DNA of 64,000 bases from Phoronis australis (Eukaryota > Animalia > Phoronida). This document shows, piece after piece, positions 27,801 through 41,034 of this stretch (position 1 is its first letter; each line of letters opens with the position of its first letter). The translations under genes were made by a program, and so were the position numbers. The DNA is taken from the NCBI GenBank assembly GCA_002633005.1, contig NMRA01000132.1, positions 664,882 through 728,881 on the forward strand. The letters run 5' to 3'. The notes below the pieces were generated by a model that made no database searches, was not told the DNA's origin, and worked only from the letters and a program-made list of their open reading frames with translations.

Positions 27801-30800
27801 TGAGTATTCTGAACCCCTAACAAGGGCACACTGCTGATAATTCACCAATTTGAAAACTGCAATACACAACATATTTTAATACACAAACTAATAAGTAAAC
27901 TCCTTTTTCCTTTATTTCTCTACATGATTGTCATGTTATTTGTATCGCTTACTGCATTTTAAGCAAACTCGTGAACATAGTAATAGTTGAGTGAACCATG
28001 TTTACCTTTTGAGAGCCTTGACTTCCTCAGACTTGAGTTCAGCCAGCTGCTTGTCCAGGGCATTCTCTTCATCATCACTCGCGTCATCTGCCTGTCCCGG
28101 CTCATCTGTTTGAGCCTCACTGTGCGAACGAAAATTTAACCAACATTTTATTCTCCCAAATACATAACACTGATTAGATAATCAACAATTACTGACATTT
28201 AAAATTAAACAAGAGAAACGCAAAAAGCTGGTAAGTGCCCAAAATCTGGTAAACAGACATCCAGATCCCAGAATAAAAAATTACCACTAAGGGACAAAGC
28301 AGTAGATTCATTTCAACAACTGCCAGACGCGGTCCTATCTACAATACAACTGTGTGTGTTCCAGCATCATCAATATTTGCATTGTTTGATAGTTTCAAAC
28401 AACAGTACAAAGGGCCGACGTGCACCAACTTGGTGCACTGCTAACAGCAAAACTACAAAAAGGGCGCTCACTATTTCAAACACTTGCTAACAGCAACGAC
28501 ACTAGTCTTGTAAACCTAAATTTGTCAATTACATGATGCAGCACTGTGACTGTCTTCACAGAATTGTCAGGTACCATCTTTTAGTTACTCAAAACACATA
28601 CATTCAATATCAAATTTCTGCCTGGGAATTAAACACTGTTGGCTTGTCCACAACAAGAATAAAGACAACAAATTCCTTTTAAATCACTGGTTCTACTAGA
28701 AAAAGATATGCTAGTTCTACGAGAAAGACATGAGCCATTTTTGGTAGTATGAGACGTGCTACTTCTATTACTATTAGATGTGGAGGTGATGTGCTGGTTT
28801 TACTAGTAAATTAGAAGCGTTAGTTCGACTGGTAAGAGATGGTTCTAGTTCTGCTACTATGAGACGCACTAGATCTACTAGTATGAGATGTGCTAGTTTT
28901 ACTAGTAAGACATGTGCTAGTTTTACTAGTAAGACATGTGCTAGTTTTACTAGTATGAGATGTGCTAGTTTTACTAGTAAGACATGTGCCAGTTCTACTA
29001 GCACCAGACACTACTTCTTCCACTACAAGATTTGCTAGTAATATTTGTATGACCTGTGTTTACTCTACTGGAACATACTAGTACGTAATAGTTCTACTAG
29101 TACAAGACATACTAGTCTTACTAGTACAAGACATACTAGCATTATGGGTATAAGACATGCTAGTCCTACCAGTGCGAGACGCACTATTCCTACCAGTACC
29201 AGATGCAAAAGTTCTACCAGTACCAGACGCACTAGTCCTACCAGTAACAGACACACTAGTACCAGTACCAGACGCACTAGTCCTACCAGTACCAGACGCA
29301 CTAGTCCTACCAGTACCAGACGCACTAGTCCTACCAGTACCAGACGCACTACTCCTACCAGTACCAGACACACTAGTACCAGTACCAGTACCAGACGCAC
29401 TAGTCCTCAGGGCTTGGAATGACCAATGACAAAAAACGCGGAAACTTTTACGGCCCAAAACAGGCGTGCTTCCCAGCCTTGAAATAGTCGATGTGAACCT
29501 TTCGTCGACAAAAATCGGTAGGACTAAAAAAAAAAAACGTTACTACCATCAGTAGCATGCGTCTGCGTTTTTTTATCTCGTCCATCCTCCACTCCCACCC
29601 CCACACATTTTTGGCTGCAGAGTCGTAGTATTTGTCACTGCGGTTTACAATCACACGAGACGCCATTGAAAATCCCACCATGGTATCCCAGGTGCCCCAG
29701 CAATGTTGACAATATACGTTCCTCCGAAACATACAGAGCAACTTCCGCTTTTCGAGGTGAACGTCGTCTGCAATGCCGCGGTAAGAAAGGACTTTGCTGC
29801 AGAAATTTTACATCACATTCGATTTTTTTTTACGTGGAAATATAATAAAATGCGCGGACAGAGCATTTGAAAAAAGCGGAAATCCGCGTTTCTGCGGAAA
29901 ATTCCAAGCCCTGAGTCCTACCAGTACCAGACGCACTAGTCCTACCAGTACCAGACGCACTAGTCCTACCAGTACCAGACGCACTAGTCCTACCAGTACC
30001 AGACGCACTAGTCCTACCAGTACCAGACGCACTAGTCCTACCAGTACGAGACGCACTAGTCCTACCAGTACGAGACGCACTAGTCCTACCAGTACCAGAC
30101 GCACTAGTCCTACCAGTACCAGACGCACTAGTCCTACCAGTACCAGACGCACTAGTAATACCAGCACCAGACACACTAGTACCAGTACCAGACGCACATG
30201 TCCTACCAGTACCAGACGCACTAGTCCTACCAGTACCAGACGCACTAGTCCTACCAGTACGAGACACACTAATCCTACCAGTAAGAGATACACTATTCCT
30301 ACTAGTATGCGACGCACTAATCCTAGTACAAGACACATTAGTTCTCTTACATCAGTGACTCTTCTCCCTCTCCCTCTCCCTCTTCTTTATAAGTGCGTAA
30401 AGCTTTCTTAAGGTTCTTTCTCCATGTTATTAAGGTCCTGAAAAGAAAAGAATTATTATTATTCGTCCACTGTGCATTCTCACCAAATATACCCTTACAA
30501 TCACGTCCTAAAACTTAAGTAGACTAACTGCCCCTCCTTGCAATTTTGGTCTAAATCACACCCAACCTTATGTGAATTTTGAAAATTATGCCAAAAATAT
30601 ACTAAATGCATTCGTAGGCTGTTGCCAGCAACGTGACTTGAACTTTAAAACGTGACCAAATGACAGACAATTTGCAGCTACTGGATCAGCTGTAAACATT
30701 GAATCAAATTTTTAATGACGCTTCTTTAAAGTCAGCAGTGTGTGCAACTACAACATAACAGTAGGGATAAAGACAATCTAAGCAACTTTCAAGTTCTTCT

Positions 30801-33800
30801 GTGCAACATCAAAGAAAAGTAATAACTCGAACACCGTTATATAAGCTTTTATTCATTTAATTTCGCCAGTTATTTTTATAACCAGTGTCGATGCCATCAC
30901 GTTTTTACCACACTCTTCGTTTATTAATGAACATTAAAATCTCACTAATTTGGAACACAATCTGGCAGGAAGATGAAATTATATTTTCTCTTTTTCATAA
31001 ATAATATACAGGACCAGAATAATGGAGGCAATCCATACTATGTAATGGTGCAGTTCCATAGCCAATCAGCAACATGATATCTACAAGTTATCCAATGCAC
31101 TGAGTGAACCAATACCAGAGCTTGCTTTAAACAAACTACAGCTAGATAAAAGTTGAGGTATTTATAATTGGACCATGATGTTAGTCTATTTAGTCAATAC
31201 TGAACAGTTCTCAATCAGGGGATTGAATTATGTGTTTTAGATTTTTTTAATTAAAAAACCAAGCCGTTTGAAACTCTGTACAAAATACAAAAGTCCATAC
31301 TATGTTGTAGTATTGACTCATGGTGATTTTAAAGGACAATGCCACCCGATTTAATTAGTCTTTTTTACCGTTTTAATCGGTCTATATCCACATCGCCTCT
31401 TATACGGTCGACCTCACCTTGCCGAGAGGTGCCGCGTTAACCTGTGTGGAAGGTGAGAAACGACGCAGCGACGTCAGTGGTTCATTTGCAGAATGAATGC
31501 CGTTATATTGCGGTGCATCGTTCCCGCTTCAAGTTGTCCGAACTATGAAGCTGCAAAGAAAGCGCCGGGTTTATAGTTTTTTCGACTTCCTCGAGAGCCC
31601 GAAACGCTTAGGAAGTGGCTCGCGGTAGTGAAGAATGAAAGGTAAGCTGTTAATAGCAAGTATGAGGCCGTGGAACATCTCCGTGTCTGTGGCCGGCATT
31701 TCGTCGACAGTGATTTCTCTGACAAATGCCGGCTTACCAAAGAACTATCCGTACGTTCCGTTGCCTGTGCATGTTCAAGGCGCCTGTCTAGTATTTCTTG
31801 ATCAGTGTATTCCGGTTCGACTGAACTGAAACCTAACGATTCGACCCGTGGAGTCTTCGTCGGATGAGCTCTTGACTAAGTAGGGATTGGCGCCACGCGA
31901 GTTGCCATGTAAACGTTTATTATTCTGCGTTCTGTTTCAAAGTGAATTATTCTCATCCTAACCAATGCTTATATGGAACTGAAACAATTAGTCTGTCTCA
32001 TTAGATACAATTTGTAATGCCTTGGACTGCTTGTGAGTGCAAATGTTTTGAGAAGCTAGCAATGAATAAACCGCTGCGTTACCGGTTTTTGATGCCGGCA
32101 ACAAAGATAATTGACCGGGCACCGAGGCCGTGTGAGCGCATGCTAATTCAGTGTTTGCTGAAAAGAAAGCGGTTGTGAAACAATACTCGATTTTATATGC
32201 TATGGTCAAATGTTAGGGTGATCTTTATTTTGAAAAACAAATACATTATTCAAATCATTGTTACTGCACAACCTTTGCCCTGACGGTCTGTGGAAAAGGA
32301 ACCCGACTGGTGGCCGGCCCCCGACAAGTAAGTAGACTTTCAGTTTCGTGGCTAATTCAAATAAGAATTATGTGCACATTATTTCTTTGGCTCACTACTA
32401 TAGTCTTTTCGTGACGGAAGGTTTAGTGGCCAAGTCAAGCTGGTTTATGTTAGTGCCAGTCCCGGCGGCCGCGACGGGCCTGATCGGGTTCCGAGCCACT
32501 GGCCGGGATAACAAGCCATTTGTGTGTTTAGAACTAAAAAAATCACAAGTATAAACAACACAGATCTAAATTCTCCTGTCTGTATACTTCGAATTTATCT
32601 CCGAACAGACCCCAAACTCCTGCTACGGACCTTGGTAAATTGGCCTGCCGAACTTTGTAGGCTACGGTGTGTCCAAATACCAGTAAATCCGTAACAACTA
32701 AATAAAAAAAACACGTTTTTATAAGAACTCGGTGTATTTTTAAGGGTTTATATCGAAGTGTGATGATTTATTGGTGTTGAACGATGAATTCAAGCGAAAA
32801 GCTGACACCAGTAACCCGTGTTGTGAACTGCTGAACAGACTGCGCGTGAAACCAATTACGTCATTGGATAATTTCAACACCTCCGTCTGCCGTCAGGTGT
32901 CAGGTAACGCAATCGAACGTGCCGTTATCGAGTAGAACTACTCGATTTAAATTGATATAAAATAGGTTGTTTTTTGGGTGGCATTCTCCTTTAAGCTGGA
33001 TAACATATCTAAACCATACAATATTAAGCTGTATCGCTTCACTGCTTTGTAACAATTCACTAAGGGAAAAGGAAAACGGAATGATTGCCCAAGACCTATT
33101 AAAGACGGCGAAACAACAAATTGGATTAAAGCGAAGAGACCTGATTTCTTTCTTTCCCAGAACTTTGACATCTTTACAACACTCCCTAATCTCGTCAGTC
33201 GTAAGTTCATGTTTGGCTACCTCAGAGTCATCAAGAACGATCTGAAAGGAAATATGAAACATAACTGTGTGCGTCTCGTATTGCCACGCTGTCAGCATTT
33301 TGTGGAATACAAGACTACCAGTTCAAAAATACAAACATGACAGCATTTTTGAAGCACTCAAACTACAGCCAATTCTGGATTTTTCCACACACATCTACAA
33401 TTTGAGAAATCAGAAACAGCTCGATACAATACCTCGGACAACATATCACCTGTAGGTTGCATGTTGTGACTTAAATATTTCATTGTTTAGTCTGAAAAGA
33501 TTTGACTGTCCTGAACAGAGGTCATATCCAGGACTGATATTCTTATCAAAATTACTATTTCCACATTGAACAGTAATCAGAGTTAGTGTAGTTAGCAAAG
33601 GCTGCATGATTGGAAAGATATCCAGATATACTTCGGTTACATGACATGACCAACATGTGGCGTGTTGACAAACTCTATCTTAATACTAATGCATAATGAC
33701 AAGCTCGTAAATACATCTTCCTTTACCGTAGAGGACAGTGACCATGTATTTACAGTCACTCATGACTACAGTAGACGGTGACTATGTATTTACACAGTCA

Positions 33801-36800
33801 CTCATGACTACAATAGACAGTGACCATGTATTTACACAGTCACTCAAGACTACAGTAAACGGTGACCACGTATTTACACAGCCACTCATGACTACAGTAA
33901 ACGGTGACCACGTATTTACACAGTCACTCATGACTACAGTAGACAGTGACCATGTATTTACACAGTCACTCATGACTACAGTAGACGGTGACTATGTATT
34001 TACACAGTCACTCATGACTACAGTAGACAGTGACCATGTATTTACACAGTCACTCATGACTACAGTAAACGGTGACCACGTATTTACAGTCACTCATGAC
34101 TACAGTAGATGGTGACCATGTATTTACACAGTCACTCATGACTACAGTAAACGGTGACCACGTATTTACACAGTCACTCATGACTACAGTAGGCGGTGAC
34201 CATGTGGATGAACACAAAGTCATTCATCACTACAGTAGACAGTGACTATATGCATAAAGACTGCCGTAGATGGTGACAGTGTGAATAAACACAAAGTCAC
34301 GTCACACATGACCACAGTAGACAGTGACCACCTTTGCATACCTCGTGAGTATCTGCCAGAAGCTCCAGGTGGTTGTTGGCCTTGATGAAATCGGACACAT
34401 TCAGCGTATGATGTAGAGATATCTCCCCTTCAGCGTAACCCTCGGCTCTCCTAGAAAATTGAAAGGAAACGAGTTAGCCTTTTCGTACCAACTTAGGGGT
34501 TTATGCACTATTGCCAAAACAGCACAATTCTCTATTCAACAGTTGAATCCAGTACTCCACCAAATGTTTTGATTAGGCTTTAAAATGTAACCTTATCTTG
34601 TGATGTTGATGGTCATTCAGCAAACAAAGGACTCCATGACAAGGCCCTGACATAACTATTTCAGCAGGTGCAAGCACAGAAAGAATTATCCCAGTGCCTA
34701 TTCACATCTAGACATAACTATTGAAGTGTGATGATGCAGTCTTCTGTCAATAAAACACCAAAACAGTAACATGGCTGAAACAACAGGCAATACACTGTAT
34801 TCATGTCTCTTTTTAGGTTTTAAAAACGATGCATTCTGCGCTTAATCATAGCGCAAAGTGTGATGTTTCCGCCTGCCTATATATTATCCAAGTCTCAAAT
34901 GCATTGTTTTTTTAAACCTAAAAAGAAGCTCACCATTAAAATGAAGACTGCATGAATAAGGTCTATATTAACAGTTCTAAGGATTACAGAACATGTCCCA
35001 AGTTATTGGTATAACTGCTTACTTTTTGATCTTCTCTGGGTGAATCAGGTTAAGGGTGTTCCCAGGCCCTGTGTCAATCTGTTTGAACACATACTTAGGG
35101 TCAAGAAATTTGGGATCAAGTTTGTCGGGAGCCACAAACTGCTGGCAGACAACGAAGATTTCAGCAGACTCGAGGCGAGACGCTTGTGGTTTTGTGGCGT
35201 GCACTTTCTTGAACAGTTGCTTGAAAACCCACAAGAGGGCGTGATAGTCCTGGGATCGGAAAACCTTGGTGACAAACCAGCCACCTTTGCGTAGAAACTC
35301 CGTAGCTAGCTTTAATGCTTGCAATGTGAGCTCAGCTGCAAAAATTACATTTGTTTAGTGATCATGGTTCTGTCTGATAATTGATAACGGTAACTAGTAA
35401 ATGTTTATCATGAGAGAAACATGCATCCTTAAAAAGATACTGCAAAATCTACAACACACATTTTTACGTGTAATTTTTCTCAAATAAGTGAAACTTGAGA
35501 GCCAAGCTAAATTAGAAATGAATCAGTTCAGTTAAGTAGCAAAAATACAAGTTTAAAAACTTTTGACTTTGGAAACAGTTACGTCCTTAACTAAAAACTG
35601 TGCCTGCTCATTCAGAAAAAGGAATGATTATCGAAAAATAAAATATTAACGTAGATAGTATCTAGCATATTATACATTAAATAAAATGAGATAACACGGT
35701 AACATCATGGAATTTCAAATACTTAACACTCACAGCAGTTAGTGGTAATAGTCTAATATAACGTGCCCGAATTTTGAGAACCAGTTTCCTCCACTAAACA
35801 ACGGGCATCAAACTGGTTCTCAAAATACGGGCATGTTATATCAGACTATTGCCCAGTCAGTTTTAATAACGTGATAGACTATTGCCACAGAATCTTTGCC
35901 AGCTCATCTACTCAGACGCACCTTGTGAGTATGCATCCTGAATCCAATTCTTGCCTACATTTGGAGCCCCATCATGAAGAACACAATCAGCTTTCCACGT
36001 TTTCAGCTCCTTTTTCAAGTCCTGCAATAACAAAACATTACTATACACACTTCCGAGAGTAATACAACAAATGGCATCTGATACGTCGTTCAAGAAGCAT
36101 CAAATGAGTAAGCACGATAAGACATTTGATTACTTCATGACTATGTGGTCAAGGTTACTCCTACAGAGGGAGCCTGTGTAGGTAAATTTACACAATTAAT
36201 AACAGGTTACATTTGATAAATATTGACTGTTACATAATAGATTAATTACTAGATTTCACCATCCTTTCTTCATCCACGCACTCACAAAACATGGCTACAG
36301 TGCGTCACCGTTAGGCGTAGCCAGGAATTTTCGCACCCTAGCATACGAGGTTACCTTGTTTTGGTAAGCTCATTTAACATTTCGTGACCCGGGAATTTTG
36401 CCAGGTCACATTTAGCGAGTTGGCACTACACTAAACGTCGAGCCCCCGAGTTATTTGTTAAACTAAAGCCACCAAGTCTATGTGGCACTCACTTGTCTAC
36501 ACTTCTCTGTAGTAATATCACCGATGAATGTGGTCACGTTCTGATGAACAGGCTTGATGGGTACTAAGTCAATTCCTGCAATCATCAAGAGACAGAGCAC
36601 ATTGGTTAGAGTCTTCATGAAAGGCTATTTCAAAACATTTCACAATTTGGAACAAAAGTATGAAAATATAGCATCAAGACAGGAATAAGAAACAGTAAAT
36701 TTGCTTGAATCTCAAACAAATTTTTTTCAAATCTGCTTTGCCATAACATAAATTCATTTGAAAATGTGTTGCTTTTCCATGGCAACATAGCTAGGTTTTC

Positions 36801-38863
36801 TTTTTTCCAACATTGAAGACGGGGCAAAATACATTGAGCTGGAGGCAGGTTGCAAGTTCCATCTTGTGCTATTTAGCAGGCCAAAAACGAAAATTGATTT
36901 AGGTGCTTTGCTCTGATAAAATGAATCTCGTAACATTCTTTACTGCTAACAATTAGAACATGAAAACCACAGCACATGAACGCATTGTGACTTGAGATGG
37001 TAATCAAAATAGAATCCTATCATGACGAGGAATGTTATCGGACTGATTTTAAGAGAATAAAAGACCTAATTCGGTTTTCATTTTTATAAAGCCAAACAAG
37101 ACAAAAAGTAACTTTAAGTAGCTAAACCTAAATTACTTGTCAATTCAGCTTCCCAAGGAACCCAATAACTGAAGAAAAATAACTCAATGAGTATACCTAC
37201 CATTACATAGTGATCATGTAGAGTTAACATAGGATGAAGTATGCGCTCCTCAATTTCAATCTGCCATAATTGCTAGGATATGTAAGTTTGATCAATTCTC
37301 TTTGAAAAAACATAGAACACGTTTCCCTTACAACTGTTTCCATTTGAAGCCAATAGGCCGACTGGTTATGAATGCTTTACCTATAATAAGACTGGAGACT
37401 GGTGTGTGCTGTGCTGCCACCTGGAGCCAGCCACCAGGAGCTGCGCACAAGTCGACGCATACTCTTGACTTCTGCAGAAATTCAAACTTTCTGTTGAGCT
37501 GCAGTAACTTAAAGGCTGACCTGGCACGATAACCTAGAAAAGTAAAAACAACAGAATAAATATATTTGGGAACACAAAGAGTTGCAATGCAACCTTAATG
37601 AATACATAATTCCAAGTTCATGCATACATTATCCTGAGATGAGGCGGAATTCCAAATTCAAGCACAACACCAGGACACTGGCAGTAGCTTTACTCATACG
37701 ACACACTAGGAGCGACGCCTTGCCCGTCTGGAAACCAATGTGCAGACATGAGGGCATTGCAGGAGGAGTGTGGACGACATGGAGGTGTGAGTAACTCTCT
37801 CTCACCCATCTGCAGAGGTACGGTAGAGCTAACCAATAGGTGGTTGTTGTGTGACTGGATTGGCAACTTCAGAAAGAGAAAATACACTGAAACAAATGCT
37901 ACAGCTGTTGCAACATTTAGAGGTGAAGTCATCACGACCAGAACTGCCCAAATCCCCTGCCAAGAATAAAAGAATAATGGCAGATACCGTTGCATTGGAA
38001 GGACACTGAAAAGGAATCGTTCAGGTCAAAATAGATTTTCAACAGGCACCCATCGCCATCCTGAAGAACAGCTGACCATAGCAGGTACCGGCAGGCATCA
38101 TCCAAAAAATCTCTTCAGTTGAAGGTCAGTGCTTAGATATGGTGCAGATCATGGGTATGGTTTGTAACTGGTCTCATCATATTCATTTCCGTCTATGACG
38201 TAAACGAGAACTTCTTACTCATGCAGGGAGTGTAGTTGTGTAGTGAGATGTTATTTGACCTGTCTCACCGCTGCGCTGGCTTTCTGCCACGCATGCCCTC
38301 TGTTGGCATTGAAGGACGACTATTGTACGTCTAGGACTAGGAGACTGCCGACGTTGACTGTCCCGGCCAATATGCCGGTGATGGCTGAGGGCACAACATG
38401 AACATTCACTGATTCAGCAGCCCTGTGGGCCATACAGGTGCTGGGTTGTAGGGCAGGATTGATAACCAGACCGCACACCAACCAGACATATTCAGCTCGG
38501 ACCACAGAATGTAAGGTAAGACTGTGTAAGAGTGATGTAACTTACACTGTAACTTACAGTGTAACTGTAAGCCATCTTGAGATTTTACTGCAGCCCAGTC
38601 ACATTGAATCTCTTGCCGTGGAGGGCAAAAGTCAAGTCAAGTTCCTCTGGGAGCAAGCACACTACACCAGCGCAGGTATTCACAATGCTAGCGCTGAAAT
38701 CTTGATTATTTACCCCGAACTAAAACATTGACATTGTACTACTGTATCGTGATAACCATGCCTGGCTTAGTTTAGTAGAGTGGCTTTAAAACTCACCCGT
38801 TTCCTTAGCCAGTTGGTAGAACTTGTCTTTCCTGGCCTTCCCAATTTTTGCTTTCTTCCCCAT
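18835..38863 (-). CDS. FTSJ3: FTSJ3/SPB1 pre-rRNA 2'-O-methyltransferase. 19 coding exons: 38797-38863, 37381-37533, 36493-36575, 35922-36021, 35023-35335, 34342-34450, 33141-33241, 30351-30437, 28006-28119, 26865-27000, 25614-25879, 23782-23878, 23320-23413, 22298-22558, 21760-21862, 20904-20988, 19972-20064, 19465-19559, 18835-19039
   Basis: Translation has [44 protein letters not shown] (SAM motif), [34 protein letters not shown], an acidic middle, and the Spb1 C-terminus [13 protein letters not shown]...[16 protein letters not shown]. All junctions are GT-AG with consistent phase. Confidence 0.95.
23072..23309. repeat. Minisatellite, 39-bp unit x ~6
   Basis: Head-to-tail ctcttcatYacttgggcattaagtctatcctaagtgaca with no spacers. 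Confidence 0.95.
24650..25525 (-). mobile_element. Second copy of the HINE-like repeat family (see 8737-9585)
   Basis: Minus strand starts ttacttggcggaattcttccaccaagta (palindrome) and is colinear with 8737-9280; it ends near ctagtt. Confidence 0.6.
28690..30340. repeat. Minisatellite, 24-bp unit accagtaccagacgcactagtcct, interrupted by a transposon at 29408-29913
   Basis: Near-perfect units at 29220-30260, progressively degenerate towards 28690. Confidence 0.95.
29408..29913 (-). mobile_element. ~0.5-kb non-autonomous DNA transposon, TIR CAGGGCTTGGAAT, 6-bp TSD AGTCCT
   Basis: Perfect 13-bp TIRs; agtcct lies on both flanks; homologous copies at 59050-59576 and 61694-62200. Confidence 0.85.
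31333..32990 (+). mobile_element. Kolobok-like DNA transposon (TTAA TSD) with decayed THAP domain
   Basis: TTAA|AGGACAATGCCACCC ... GGGTGGCATTCTCCT|TTAA (14/15 TIR match). A single frame from 31511 reads [44 protein letters not shown], the C2CH THAP signature with two stops. Confidence 0.8.
33733..34330. repeat. Minisatellite, 42-bp unit x ~12-14
   Basis: Tandem cagtagacRgtgaccatgtatttacacagtcactcatgacta. Confidence 0.95.
35747..35850. mobile_element. ~100-bp hairpin MITE (copies also at ~60270-60358 and ~61591-61667)
   Basis: aatagtctaatataacgtgcccgaattttgagaaccagttt / aaactggttctcaaaatacgggcatgttatatcagactatt are inverted arms. Confidence 0.75.
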
Positions 38864-39220
38864 ACTTAAGCTGATAAGATCGAAAGCCTTAAGTCAATTT
38901 GAATAGTTGAAACAATCCAAATTTTCAGATTAAATTTAACATGTGTATCACGAACCACATGCACATGTGTACTAATGAGTGACGTTAACAGCCTTGCGTT
39001 CCGTAAAACTAGAATCTCGCAAAAACGAAGAAACACACAAAACTTCGCGAGATTTTTCTCTGGATTATAAACGAAGCACGTGGTCTCATTAGCTTCCATT
39101 GCGAGGCTTTTGCATCTACGAAACTCAGCCTAAAGCAAATTTCGGTGACGTACTTCGCATAAACTTATCCCGCCATATTGGTAGAAGCGTTACCGGTGTT
39201 CGTATGTGAAAGAAACTTGG
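38864..39220. promoter_or_regulatory. Candidate bidirectional promoter FTSJ3/EIF3C (duplicate at ~45000-45356)
   Basis: CpG-richer stretch between divergent genes containing TTCGCGAGA (39044), CACGTG (39077), TGACGT (38980, 39146) and YY1-like CCGCCAT (39170). A possible 5'UTR-exon donor g|gtaatt lies at 39220. Confidence 0.55.
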
Positions 39221-40324
39221 TAATTGTTTATATTGTGCTGCATTTTGAACAAATTAATCTTTCTTTTATAAGAAAATTGACGATTTGATTCTTAGTGTGT
39301 TTCTTTTTCCAATTAAACTGACTCGATTTAAGATATGGACCTCCATATTTTTGCCTTGTGCACAATGGTCAATGCCACGAACAGGCAGCATGGCCGAAAG
39401 GCGAAATTCTGAAAATTAATGTGCTTCATTTTGCCATTTTGGACGATATTCACTGGCTCATAACTATTAACACACAGAATAATGAACGTGGCACTTATTT
39501 CTTTCTGGTGATATTCAACAAACAGCTGAGCCAGCTGTATTTGACTAATGTGGGCACTTCAAACAAGATCAAGTCCGTGGGGTCCCCTATTATAGACTTC
39601 CCTTACTTTGGTAGGCCTATACAGTAAAATTAAATGGCGATATATGAATTTATTCGCTTTGTTATTGATTGGCTACCACAATGCACTCACATTTTCATGA
39701 AAACGTTAAGATTTGTTGAGGTATTCAACAACAAAGTTCGCCTCCTCAGCATTTCCTTTGACAGTTTGGTACGAAATGTATCTGCAAAAACACAAAGTTT
39801 TCTTGAGCCAAACAGATGTGTGCGATAATAAGAGTTTTCTGTTGAATAAAACATGTCTAATATTAATGACATTTTCCAAAATATGAGAATTATTGAGAAA
39901 TGTTTGGCCCTTGTAGGGCCTACCCATTTCGTGGGCTGTGAATATCCATATGGCAAATATTTATTGTTATCTCAAACTCACAGGCCGTCCAAAAATGTCG
40001 CAACTTTACTTGCTAGAGTTGTTCTTCAGCAATATCTCTGATTTGTACATATTTTCAGTTGTGCATCTTTTATTTGTGTGCTTTGGTCTGTGCGCAGCTC
40101 CTGGTGGCTGGCTCCAGGAGCACAGCACAGACCGTCACTTTCATCTAATTAATGTTACACCCACAGAGATAATTTTATGGTTATCGAAGTTTCTCATGTG
40201 AATGCTTGAGAAATGTTGTAGTGAAGAAAATTAGCCCCCATTCTATGTGACATGGGGAACTATTCTAGAAGACCTGTGCATTTTGTCAACGGTCCCAAAA
40301 TCTGCTTTGCAGGTAAATTCTACC

Positions 40325-41034
40325 ATGTCACGTTTCTTCGCTGCATCGTCATCAGAGAGCGAGAGCTCGTCAGATGAAGAGGAGGTACTACCAACACAAC
40401 CTCAACAAGTCAAAAGGTAACGTAACTAGCGATATCACATTGAACTTGAACTTATCCAGTACCCTAAGAGTATACCACTGACATCAATACAGGGCTGAAT
40501 TCCATAAGACTACTGAAAGTTTGGCGACATCATGCAAGTCTTCACGGGATATTGGCTTCCATCACAAGGGAAGCACATGGTCTCACTAGGTTTTAGTGAT
40601 AAGCGTCTGTGTTCCGGAACTAACCCGTAATCACGTACGACTATTTTACTTGGACAGTATTCATAGTAAAGTCATGTTCTCAAGTCTGTGATGAAAACGT
40701 TGAGCTTGGTATTATGAAACCAGTGTTATTAAATGCTAGGACCAAGGTCTTGTACAACTAGAATGCTGCATCTGAGTAGTTGACTTGTTGATGACCCTTG
40801 GCCTTCTGTTATTGTGATCTTTGACCTTGTAATGAAATCGTTGTTGTCGAATAGTATTCATGCAATTGTTTTCCGCGTGCTTCAGGGCCCAACTGCTGTC
40901 AGTGAGTGATGAAGAAGATGATGTTAAACGCGTGGTGCGTAGTGCCAAAGATAAACGGTTCGATGAGATGCGCAACATTATCAAGCAGATGAAGAACCAC
41001 AAAAAGATTAAGGACATGTCCAACATCCTCACAG
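40325..41034 (+). CDS. EIF3C: EIF3C coding exons 1-2 (40325-40416, 40886-41034), alternate-haplotype copy ending at a gap
   Basis: [20 protein letters not shown]...[20 protein letters not shown]; near-identical to 46459-47168. Confidence 0.85.
40681..40752 (+). ncRNA. Degenerate family-2 box C/D snoRNA copy (allele at 46815-46886)
   Basis: C box GTGATGA, TGAGCT, guide variant TTAAATGCTAGGA; the D box reads CCAA here and CCGA in the other copy. Confidence 0.45.

Noticed and set aside
28774-30411. Long Thr/Ser- or Leu/Val-rich ORFs on both strands
   Set aside because: By-products of the 24-bp minisatellite, which lacks stops in several frames; they lie inside an FTSJ3 intron.
38116-38182. Minus-strand ATGATGA...CTGA as a C/D snoRNA
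   Set aside because: The C box is lost in the other haplotype copy, there is no terminal stem, and no recognisable guide.
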